From Opitutia bacterium KCR 482 (lineage in GTDB: Bacteria; Verrucomicrobiota; Verrucomicrobiia; Opitutales; Intestinicryptomonadaceae), in contig CP149973.1 of assembly GCA_029269845.2 (NCBI GenBank), positions 1,200,001-1,232,000 of the forward strand: a DNA stretch of 32,000 nt, written 5' to 3'. Shown here piece by piece: positions 7,198 to 14,893 of this stretch. Numbering within the stretch: position 1 is the stretch's first letter; each line of letters begins with the position of its first letter. The notes below the pieces were generated by a model. The model was not told the origin of the DNA. It was given only the letters and a program-made list of their open reading frames with translations, and searched no databases. The position numbers and the translations under genes are program-made.

Positions 7198-7349
7198 AGT
7201 GGCGTAATTATAACCCAAAACAACCCCATTTGTCAAGATTATTATAGATATATTATATGTTTCTTTGAGATTGGCGGAAAGAAGGCTTGAAGATTTTTTG
7301 CAAAAAGCTAGGCTACTTAAGAACGTAAAATTTTAAAGGAATCTGAGAT

Positions 7350-8957
7350 ATGCCTACACTGGATTGGATAGGGAAAAAAGCAGTATTAAACCATCATAGA
7401 GAAGTTCCGTATAGAATTATGACAGAAGAATCTACGCTTTGTTATGGGCAAAAGGATTCAGGAAATCTCATTGTTGAAGGAGATAATCTTGAAGCTCTTA
7501 GAGCTTTACTTCCTTATTATAAAGGTAAAGTAAAATGTATTTACATAGATCCCCCATACAATACTGGCGAAGAGAAATGGGTTTATAATGATAATGTAAA
7601 TTCGCCAGAAATAAAGAAGTGGCTCGGGAAAGTTGTTGGTAGAGAAATGGAGGATCTTTCTCGCCATGACAAATGGCTTTGTATGATGTATCCTCGTCTT
7701 TCATTGTTAAAAGAATTTTTATGTGAAAATGGTGCAATTTTCATTAGTTTGGACGATAATGAACAACCATCATTGCGATTTATCTTAGATGAAATTTTAG
7801 GAAGTCATAATTTTGTCGCTACTTTTATTTGGAAAAAAAAGGGTACGTCAACAAATGTTCGAGGCGTTTCTACAAGTACACTAACTGAGTATATAACTTG
7901 TTATAAGAAAAAAAATTCAGCAATAAATTTACGAGTTAAATCCAAAAAAACAAGGATGCATCCTTGTTCTGATGAATTAGGAAATTACAGAACTACTGTA
8001 ATCGAAAAAAAAGGAGAAGGAGAATATGCTCGTGCTACAATGTTGTTTGAAATTTTGGGACAAAAACCACGAGATGGGAAAAGATGGCAGATAGGATTAG
8101 AGTTAGCTCGTGAATTAGAAAAGAAAAATAGATTCATATTAGATAATGGTATTGTAAAATTAAAAATATACGACTTTGAAGAAAAAGATACATTTTCCGC
8201 ACAACCAAATATACTTGAATTCGAGGATGAAGGAACTGAAGATATCTTAGAAAACGAAGAAAAATTTTGGGATAAATATGGTTCAACTGAAAAAGGAACA
8301 AAGGATTTAAAAGCAATAAATTCTTCTTTTAACTTTGATAATCCAAAGCCTGTTGAATTAATTAAACATATTATAAATATATCTTCTGATAAAGATTCTA
8401 TAATTCTAGACTCGTTTGCAGGCAGCGGAACAACCGCTCAAGCTGTGATGGAATTAAATAAAGAAGATGGCGGAAATCGCAAGTTTGTCTGCGTAGAGAT
8501 GCTCCCAGAAATCGCTGAAAACGTCACTTCTAAGCGAGCACAAAAGGTTATAGACAAACTTAAAATAAAAGATTTAGAAGGCTTCAAATTTGTTAGGCTT
8601 GGTGAACAAATGTTTTCTGCGAACGGCGACATCAATCCAAAAATTGGATACGCCGATTTAGCACGACACGTTTTCTTCATGGCGACAGGCACTCCGCTTG
8701 ATTCAGCAAAGACTGAATTTGATTCTCCTCTTGTGGGAGTTTCAAATGATGTTGCTATTTACTTACTTTATAACGGTATTCTAAAAGATTCTTCTGTGCA
8801 AGGAGGGAATAGATTAACTCAAAAGGTTTTGGCAACTCTCCCAAAACATAACGGCGTAAAAATTATATACGGAACTGCTTGCGGACTAAGTGAATCAGTA
8901 TTGCGGAAAAACAATATAGTATTCCGCCAAATTCCATACACAATTTTCGACAGATAG
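7350..8957 (+). CDS. mod: Type III restriction-modification system methyltransferase (Mod), beta-class N6A/N4C MTase
   Basis: 535 aa with ATG at 7350 after an AAGGA RBS. Motif IV IYIDPPYNTG lies N-terminal and motif I LDSFAGSGTTAQAV lies C-terminal, followed by EDGGNRKFVCVE, with a variable middle region (TRD). This is the classic Type III Mod order. The gene sits in an AT-rich compositional block. Confidence 0.9.
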   Translation: MPTLDWIGKKAVLNHHREVPYRIMTEESTLCYGQKDSGNLIVEGDNLEALRALLPYYKGKVKCIYIDPPYNTGEEKWVYNDNVNSPEIKKWLGKVVGREMEDLSRHDKWLCMMYPRLSLLKEFLCENGAIFISLDDNEQPSLRFILDEILGSHNFVATFIWKKKGTSTNVRGVSTSTLTEYITCYKKKNSAINLRVKSKKTRMHPCSDELGNYRTTVIEKKGEGEYARATMLFEILGQKPRDGKRWQIGLELARELEKKNRFILDNGIVKLKIYDFEEKDTFSAQPNILEFEDEGTEDILENEEKFWDKYGSTEKGTKDLKAINSSFNFDNPKPVELIKHIINISSDKDSIILDSFAGSGTTAQAVMELNKEDGGNRKFVCVEMLPEIAENVTSKRAQKVIDKLKIKDLEGFKFVRLGEQMFSANGDINPKIGYADLARHVFFMATGTPLDSAKTEFDSPLVGVSNDVAIYLLYNGILKDSSVQGGNRLTQKVLATLPKHNGVKIIYGTACGLSESVLRKNNIVFRQIPYTIFDR

Positions 8958-8965
8958 GTGTAACT

Positions 8966-11599
8966 ATGATTTTGCTAAAAAACTATCAACAAGAAGCTTT
9001 AGATACGCTTACGGAATATTTTGATAATGTGGCTCAAACTCACGACGCAAGAAAGTCTTTTATAGACACTTTATATAATCGCTTTAAGGAAAATCGAGAT
9101 TACAGAGCTATTGAAGGTTTTGACGCAAACATGCCATACGTCTGCCTTAGGTTGCCAACTGGCGGCGGGAAAACTTTATTAGCATGCCATTCTATACGAA
9201 TTGCCAAGGATAATTTATTAAAACAAGACCACGCTTGTGTCCTCTGGCTTGTTCCAAGCGACCCTATTAGAGTTCAAACATTAAATGCCTTAAAGAATCC
9301 AAATCACCCATATCGACAAGCTTTAGATTCCACTCTTGGCGAAATTGAAGTTAGAGAAATTAAAGAATGCTTTGGTATTTCAAAGGCGACCTTAGACGGG
9401 GCAACAACAATTATCGTTTCTACTTTACAATCCTTTAGAGTAGAAAATGAAGAGGGACGTAAAGCATATCGTGAAAACGGCAGTCTAATGTCCCACTTTT
9501 CGGGGCTTGATTCAAGCGTTTCCGACAAGCTTTTAAAAGACGAAAATGGTTTAGTTGAATATTCTTTCGCTAATGTATTGCGTATGCGTCATCCGATTGT
9601 AATTGTTGACGAAGCGCACAATGCAAGAAGCTCTCTGTCGTTTGATATGTTACGTAAATTTAGTCCGTCAGCAATAATTGAATTTACGGCAACCCCCTCT
9701 AAGGGAACAAAAAAAAATACGGCAAGCAATGTTTTGCATCATGTTTCTGCTCGAGAGCTTTATACGGAAAATATGATAAAACTTCCAATACGTCTTGAGG
9801 TAAAACGTAATTGGAAAGATACGTTAAATCACGCTATTTCTGAATTAAACGTACTAAGTGAACTTGCGAAACTCGAAAAGATAAATACGCAGGAATATAT
9901 ACGCCCGATAATGTTGATAAAGGCGCAAAATAGAGAACAAGCGCACCCTGAAAATATCACGACAGACGTTATTGAGAAATATCTCCTTGAAGAATGCAAT
10001 ATTCCTAAGCAAGAAGTTGCTATGGAAGCATACGAGAGAAGTGAGTCAAAAGGTAAAGATTTACTTTCACCAGATTGCAAGATTCGCTATATAATAACAG
10101 TGGATTCATTGAAAGAGGGTTGGGACTGCCCGTTTGCATATGTTTTATGTTCTTTGGCAAATCAAAGTTCTGAAACGGCAGTAGAACAAATTTTGGGTAG
10201 AATTCTTCGCCTACCTCACGTTACGAAAAAGCAATCAATTCCATTAAATTGCGCTTATGCATTTTCCGTTTCAGATAATTTTCAACAAGCAGCAACAGCT
10301 TTAAGAGATTCGTTAATTGAAAACGGCTTTGAAAAAATGGAAGCAGAGGACTTTGTTCCAGAACAAGAACAAACTACGCTACCATTGAAATGTTCTATTC
10401 CTAAGAAAACTTGTTCTTTGAAGTCTAATATTACTACAAAGGATTTATCACAAGAAGCGCAAGAGACTATTGAATTTAATCCTGAAACGAAAGAATTGAC
10501 CGTTACTGCGGTAGTTCCTCCAGAAGTAGAAGAGGAAATTTTAGGGCTTGTTTCCAATGAGGAAGATAAGGAAGCAATTAAGACTGCCATAGCGCAACAA
10601 CGTGCACAAACGGAAGAAATTTTTTCAACTCCTGCGGATAGAAGTGAGCCATTTAAAGTTCCCACTCTCGGTGTACTTATTCAAGGGGAATTTGAGTTAC
10701 TTGATACAGATACAAGGCTCTTTGATGCTGATTGGAACATTCTTGATTACAAGGACAATCCAGAAAATTTTGCATTCGACCCCAATCGTAAAGATTCCGA
10801 TGTCGTACTTGGTACAATAGATAAATACGGTAAGGTAAAACTTGATTTTACGAGTGATATTCAACAAGATTTAAATATTATTACACCTACTGAAAATTGG
10901 TCGGAATCGCAATTAGTATCGTGGCTCGATAGAAACATTCTTCACCCAGATACTGATAGGTCTGCTGCAATAGCATTTATTGTTTATATTTTAAACGGTA
11001 CAATTAAGTTACATAATGCGAAATTGTCTGACTTTATTCGTGAACGTTGGGGATATGTGAAGTTTGTGAGAGGACTTTTTCAAAAACATAAAAATACCTC
11101 TGAATCGTCATATTTCGAGAGGCAACTTGAATTATTGATAAATTCAACTGAAACGCCTTTGAGCCTTTCTGAAAATAATAGTTACGTTTTCAATTTCGCC
11201 CCAGATAAATATCCCGTGAATAAGCAAATAGAAAATACTTTTAAAAAACACTATTATAGGCAAGTAGCAGATTTAAACGCAGAAGAATTGGAATGCGCTC
11301 ACTATATCGACAATTTGCCAGAAGTAAAATATTGGGTAAGAAATATTGAGCAAAAAGTAGATACATCTTTCTGGTTACCGACGGCAAATTATCGTTTTTA
11401 TCCAGACTTTGTCTGTATGCTAAATGACGGCAGAATATTTGCTATCGAGTATAAGGGCGGACATCTTATTTCAAATGATGATTCCGAAGCAAAAAAGGTA
11501 ATAGGAAATCTTTGGGCTGAACGCTCTAAAGGGAAATGCCTATTCTTAATGGCAGAAAAAGATACTTATCAGGTCGAAATTAAAAAAATGTTGAAATGA
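8966..11599 (+). CDS. res: Type III restriction enzyme Res subunit (SF2 helicase plus C-terminal PD-ExK nuclease)
   Basis: 877 aa, starting 9 nt after the mod stop with an AGGTG RBS. Contains Walker A LPTGGGKT, motif II VIVDEAHNA, motif III FTATP, and the C-terminal nuclease motif YPDFVCML....AIEYKG. Confidence 0.9.
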   Translation: MILLKNYQQEALDTLTEYFDNVAQTHDARKSFIDTLYNRFKENRDYRAIEGFDANMPYVCLRLPTGGGKTLLACHSIRIAKDNLLKQDHACVLWLVPSDPIRVQTLNALKNPNHPYRQALDSTLGEIEVREIKECFGISKATLDGATTIIVSTLQSFRVENEEGRKAYRENGSLMSHFSGLDSSVSDKLLKDENGLVEYSFANVLRMRHPIVIVDEAHNARSSLSFDMLRKFSPSAIIEFTATPSKGTKKNTASNVLHHVSARELYTENMIKLPIRLEVKRNWKDTLNHAISELNVLSELAKLEKINTQEYIRPIMLIKAQNREQAHPENITTDVIEKYLLEECNIPKQEVAMEAYERSESKGKDLLSPDCKIRYIITVDSLKEGWDCPFAYVLCSLANQSSETAVEQILGRILRLPHVTKKQSIPLNCAYAFSVSDNFQQAATALRDSLIENGFEKMEAEDFVPEQEQTTLPLKCSIPKKTCSLKSNITTKDLSQEAQETIEFNPETKELTVTAVVPPEVEEEILGLVSNEEDKEAIKTAIAQQRAQTEEIFSTPADRSEPFKVPTLGVLIQGEFELLDTDTRLFDADWNILDYKDNPENFAFDPNRKDSDVVLGTIDKYGKVKLDFTSDIQQDLNIITPTENWSESQLVSWLDRNILHPDTDRSAAIAFIVYILNGTIKLHNAKLSDFIRERWGYVKFVRGLFQKHKNTSESSYFERQLELLINSTETPLSLSENNSYVFNFAPDKYPVNKQIENTFKKHYYRQVADLNAEELECAHYIDNLPEVKYWVRNIEQKVDTSFWLPTANYRFYPDFVCMLNDGRIFAIEYKGGHLISNDDSEAKKVIGNLWAERSKGKCLFLMAEKDTYQVEIKKMLK

Positions 11600-12087
11600 G
11601 TATAAACAAAAGAGAACGAGAAAAATTCAATAGGTATTATGAAGAAAACACCCTTTGGCTCTCAAAAGCAATTTTTACAATTTCTTGGGGAGCGATTGGA
11701 TTTCTCGGAGTAAATGTTATGAAATATGAATCTAATAAAACATTATTTTCATTAACGTTTCTTCTTTTTGTTTTCTCTGCTATTTCTGAATTGTTCTCTA
11801 CTTATCTTTCAAGACAAGGAAGTATAGAAGCCTTATCAGAAGAGAGTGATAATTCTAATATATCTTATGAACGTTCTGGAAAAATCGAAACATTTAGAAA
11901 TATAACACTTGCATTAGGAATAATATCATTTGTCTTTTTAACTTTTTTTCAACTATTTATGTCAAATAATTCATGCGAAATTACAATGCCTCCAACTCAA
12001 AAAGAGAATCCAACAGCTGGATTGAGCCATCCTTCAACAGAACGTCCTTCTGTATCAAAAGATAAAACTCCTGAAAGAAAGGGATAA
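11596..12087 (+). CDS. unrecognised 3-TM membrane protein translationally coupled to res
   Basis: 163 aa. The ATG at 11596-11598 overlaps the res TGA at 11597-11599 (ATGA). It has the same AT-rich composition as mod and res. Three hydrophobic segments are followed by a Pro/Ser/Lys/Glu-rich tail. No family recognised. Confidence 0.7.
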   Translation: MSINKREREKFNRYYEENTLWLSKAIFTISWGAIGFLGVNVMKYESNKTLFSLTFLLFVFSAISELFSTYLSRQGSIEALSEESDNSNISYERSGKIETFRNITLALGIISFVFLTFFQLFMSNNSCEITMPPTQKENPTAGLSHPSTERPSVSKDKTPERKG

Positions 12088-12390
12088 TATGTCAGAAAAA
12101 AGAGGTCTTCTTCCTCCTAAATCCGAGCGTCCTAAACCGTCTCCAAAAGAAAAATAAAAACGCTCTACGTCAAAGATTGTGGTGAAGAAAAAATTTAAAC
12201 TTAAAATCTCCTCACAATATCGTCGCCAAGTTGTGGTGCCAAGTGGCGGTTGCAGTTTAGTTGCACGTCTGGTGTGCTCTGGCTTTTGTTGAACCCTAAT
12301 AATCAATTACTTGCAAATAGGGGTGTTGTCCCATAAATAAGCCCAGATTCAGAACTTGCTGAAAATGGGCTTGTTGCGTGAAATTTTAAA

Positions 12391-12475
12391 CGGAGAGAGA
12401 GGGATTCGAACCCCCGGACCCTTGCGAGTCAACGGTTTTCAAGACCGCCGCGATCGACCACTCTGCCACCTCTCC
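12391..12475 (-). tRNA. tRNA-Ser (anticodon UGA)
   Basis: The reverse complement reads GGAGAGGTGGCAGAGTGGTCGATCGCGGCGGTCTTGAAAACCGTTGACTCGCAAGGGTCCGGGGGTTCGAATCCCTCTCTCTCCG. The acceptor and T stems pair, the T-loop is TTCGAAT, there is a long variable arm, and the anticodon loop is CTTGAAA. CCA is not encoded. Confidence 0.9.
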
Positions 12476-12550
12476 TTGAAATTTTCTCTGCGGCTCATTT
12501 TACCGCCCCGCGCTTGAACTCAAAACACATCTATCTTTGCGGGTTATTTA

Positions 12551-12623
12551 TGGGCCCGGTGGGGATTGAACCCACGACCAAGCGATTATGAGTCGCCTGC
12601 TCTGACCGCTGAGCTACAGGCCC
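12551..12623 (-). tRNA. tRNA with CAU anticodon, probably tRNA-Ile2 (lysidine type) rather than Met
   Basis: The reverse complement reads GGGCCTGTAGCTCAGCGGTCAGAGCAGGCGACTCATAATCGCTTGGTCGTGGGTTCAATCCCCACCGGGCCCA. The stretch AGAGCAGGCGACTCATAATCGCTTGGTCG matches E. coli ileX as I remember it, and not elongator or initiator tRNA-Met. Confidence 0.85.
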
Positions 12624-12639
12624 TTATATAAAGTCTTAA

Positions 12640-12668
12640 TTTATCGCATTTCATGCGTCCGCTTGCAA
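12640..12668 (-). promoter_or_regulatory. candidate promoter of the tRNA-Ile2/tRNA-Ser unit
   Basis: On the minus strand: TTGCAA (12668-12663), a 17-nt spacer, then GATAAA (12645-12640), about 16 nt upstream of the tRNA 5' end. The -10 is weak. Confidence 0.3.
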
Positions 12669-12698
12669 GCTATTTTTTCATAAAAAATCGAACGGCGC

Positions 12699-12735
12699 AA
12701 AAAAAAAATGCGCGGGGCTTTTCCCGCGCGTTTTT
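12699..12735. terminator. bidirectional Rho-independent terminator
   Basis: A10, then the stem gcgcggg-gctttt-cccgcgc, then gTTTTT. On the minus strand this terminates the 12752..13477 gene. Confidence 0.7.
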
Positions 12736-12751
12736 CGGTTGCGATTAAAAA

Positions 12752-13477
12752 TTAATCGAGTTTCGAAAGTTCCATTTCCGCCATTCTGCCGAAGTAGCCC
12801 GCTCCCTTATTGTCGAGCGCGGTTTTGAATGCCGTTTTCGCTTCCGCGGTTTTCCCCGCCTTTGCGTAGTACAGCCCCAGCAGATAGTTTGCCTGTGCCG
12901 AGTACACTGCGTCGAGCGACTTATCCGCCGCGACTTTTGCGAAAGCTTCGATTCCCTTTGACGCGTCCTGCGCCCCCGCGCTTGCAGCCGCCCCGACGAG
13001 CGCGCGGCCTTCGAGCACCGTCTTTTTCAGGTCTTTGCCCGCGTTTTCGTATGCCGTTTGGGCTTCGGCGAATTTGCCGTCGGCAAAGAGTTTATCGGCG
13101 TTTTGGAGCAGCGCCACGCCCGCGAGTTTCTTGCCCGAATTCTGTTCGGCGAATTTTGCGAGTTCGTCCGCCGACTGCGCCGACGCGTATGCGTTTGCGA
13201 GTTCCGCCTTTGCGTTTGCCGCGTAAATCTTATAGCCCTGCACGCCGATGATGATTGCGAATGCCGCCGCTATCGACGTGATGATGAAATTCTTGTTGCG
13301 TTTCCAATAGAGCCACACCCTGTCTTCGAATTCGACGCCTTCGAGGTCTTCGTCGAGCACGACCGTTTTGCGTTCGTCCGCCGAGGAAACCGCGCCGTCG
13401 GCGAGAATTTCGACGTCTGCAACGGTGGGTTTGTTTTTCGAAGCGTGCGGGCCTTTTCTGAAATTGTTTTCGCTCAT
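12752..13477 (-). CDS. single-pass membrane TPR-like protein (YfgM-like)
   Basis: 241 aa with ATG at 13477-13475. Acidic N-terminus, one TM helix (FIITSIAAAFAIIIGVQGY), then an Ala-rich TPR-like helical repeat region (LLGLYYAKAGKTAEAKTAFKTAL). Confidence 0.6.
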   Translation of the reverse strand: MSENNFRKGPHASKNKPTVADVEILADGAVSSADERKTVVLDEDLEGVEFEDRVWLYWKRNKNFIITSIAAAFAIIIGVQGYKIYAANAKAELANAYASAQSADELAKFAEQNSGKKLAGVALLQNADKLFADGKFAEAQTAYENAGKDLKKTVLEGRALVGAAASAGAQDASKGIEAFAKVAADKSLDAVYSAQANYLLGLYYAKAGKTAEAKTAFKTALDNKGAGYFGRMAEMELSKLD

Positions 13478-13591
13478 ATGTCGGAAAAAATTGATTACTT
13501 AAACTACGAGTACACCACAATTTTGGCTTGTAATCAAGCAGAAAAACCGCATAAATTTCCAAAAACACCGCAATCGATTGTGTACGTTTTA

Positions 13592-13626
13592 GCGCGGAAC
13601 GGCGAATATGTTTCGGCGTTCCGCGC
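13592..13626. promoter_or_regulatory. 35-nt inverted repeat in a divergent intergenic region (candidate operator or 5'-UTR hairpin)
   Basis: gcgcggaacg-g-cgaa-tatgt-ttcg-g-cgttccgcgc has 14-bp arms with one G/G mismatch and no U-tract. It lies 46 nt upstream of the esterase ATG at 13673. Confidence 0.35.
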
Positions 13627-13672
13627 ATACGGGCGAATCGCGGCGGTCGAAAAATATTTAAACTCATATACA

Positions 13673-14893
13673 ATGAAAAAACTGCTAATATCATCACTAC
13701 TGTTCGTATCCGCAACGCTGTTTGCGGCAAACTCCTATTTTGTAGGCTCGTGCGACAAGGGCGCGCTCAGCTACAAACCGGGCGAAACAATGAAGTTCTC
13801 GCTCAATATCCAGAACGACAAGGGCGAAATCGTCGAGGGGCAGAAGGTCAAGTGGACGCGACGCGGCGACGACGGCAAGACCTTTTCGGGCGAAGCGGTT
13901 TCGGGCAAAGATCCCATCGTAATCGAAACGTCGATTTCGACCCCTGGGTTTGTCAGAATCACCGCGACTCCCGTTGACGAAAACGGCAAAAAGGTTAAGA
14001 ACATCGACGTCTTCGACGGCGGCGCGTGCGCGGCTTTCGGAAGAATCGTCCAGAAGACTCCCGAACCCGCCGACTTCGACGCGTTCTGGCAGAGGCAGCT
14101 CGACGCCCTCAAAAAAGTCCCGATGAAGTGCGACAGAAAGGAAGTTGCGGGCAAAAAAGGCTTCAAGACCTACGTTCTTACAATCGACTGCGTTGGCAAG
14201 CCCGCCAAGGCGTACTTGACGATTCCCGAAAACGCCAAGGCGAAGTCGCTTCCGCTTTGGGTGAACGTCCACGGCTACGGCGTGAGCAGAATCAATCCCC
14301 CGTACAAGGACGGCTACATTATGCTTTCGGTGGCGCGCCACAGCTACGAGCTTGGGCAAAGCGGCGAATACTACAAGCAGCAGAAGGTAAAGCTTGCGCG
14401 TTTCGGGCTTAACGCCGAAAAGAACCCCGAAAACAACTACTTCAAATTCATGATTCTCCGCGACCTCCGAGCAATCGAATACGCCAAGACCCTCCCCGAA
14501 TGGGACGGCAAAGACATCACGGTTTCCGGCGGAAGCATGGGCGGCTTCCAGTCGATTTTCGTTGCGGCTCTCGACAAGGACATCACGCTTTGCAAGCCCA
14601 CGATTCCGTGGATGTGCAACCTCAACGCCGAAAACGAAGGCCGCCAGAAGTCGCTTTTCAAGCCCGCGTACACGCCCGCGGTGCTCTATTTCGACAGCAC
14701 GAACGCAATCAAGCGCGTGAAGTGCCCCGTGGAAATCCTCGCGTACCTCGGCGACTATGTTTGCCCGCCTGCGGGAATCGCCGTTCTCTACAACAACGCG
14801 AACCCGAATACGAAAATCGTCTTCAAGCAGAACGGCACGCACGGCTACCGCTCGCCGTGGAAGAAGAATCCGACTTCCGTAAGGGAAAAGTAG
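13673..14893 (+). CDS. secreted acetyl xylan esterase / cephalosporin-C deacetylase family (CE7, AXE1-like) with an N-terminal beta-sandwich extension
   Basis: The track ORF is 13058..14893. The in-frame ATG at 13673 gives the signal peptide MKKLLISSLLFVSATLFA. Contains the nucleophile elbow VSGGSMGGFQS, the Asp region LGDYVCPP and a late His (NGTHGY). The alpha/beta-hydrolase length is appropriate. Confidence 0.7.
   Translation: MKKLLISSLLFVSATLFAANSYFVGSCDKGALSYKPGETMKFSLNIQNDKGEIVEGQKVKWTRRGDDGKTFSGEAVSGKDPIVIETSISTPGFVRITATPVDENGKKVKNIDVFDGGACAAFGRIVQKTPEPADFDAFWQRQLDALKKVPMKCDRKEVAGKKGFKTYVLTIDCVGKPAKAYLTIPENAKAKSLPLWVNVHGYGVSRINPPYKDGYIMLSVARHSYELGQSGEYYKQQKVKLARFGLNAEKNPENNYFKFMILRDLRAIEYAKTLPEWDGKDITVSGGSMGGFQSIFVAALDKDITLCKPTIPWMCNLNAENEGRQKSLFKPAYTPAVLYFDSTNAIKRVKCPVEILAYLGDYVCPPAGIAVLYNNANPNTKIVFKQNGTHGYRSPWKKNPTSVREK

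Larger units (their letters stand above)
2599..12390. mobile_element. composite genomic island / degraded integrative element next to tRNA-Ser (boundaries uncertain)
   Basis: Contains an integrase operon, a pseudogenised phage/ICE-type gene, orphan cargo and an AT-rich Type III R-M cassette. The right end abuts the 3' end of tRNA-Ser(UGA) at 12391. I could not find att direct repeats, and the left boundary is a guess placed at the head-to-head ORF junction. Confidence 0.4.

Noticed and set aside
7238-7245. GATTATTA at 7238-7245 and its inverse TAATAATC at 12298-12305, considered as terminal inverted repeats of a transposon-like R-M cassette.
   Set aside because: Only 8 bp, AT-rich, with no flanking target-site duplication and no transposase. 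It does not rise above chance.
7328-7337. The 10-mer AAATTTTAAA occurs just upstream of mod (7328-7337) and again immediately next to the tRNA-Ser 3' end (12381-12390). I considered it as att-like direct repeats flanking the R-M cassette.
   Set aside because: It is AT-only, short and palindromic, in roughly 5 kb of AT-rich DNA, so a chance match is plausible. It does not extend into the tRNA sequence as a true tRNA-derived att repeat would.
12229-12275. GGTGCCAAGTGGCGGTTGCAGTTTAGTTGCACG resembles the D-arm region of the neighbouring tRNA-Ser. I considered it as a tRNA fragment or att remnant.
   Set aside because: No cloverleaf can be drawn. The GTTGCA copies are direct repeats, not inverted ones, and there is no T-arm (GTTCGAATC). 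The similarity is limited to about 10 of 12 nt.
12055-12306. 83-aa minus-strand ORF in the non-coding tail of the R-M cassette.
   Set aside because: It overlaps the 3' end of the membrane-protein gene in antisense. It has low-complexity, odd composition, no RBS and no recognisable features.
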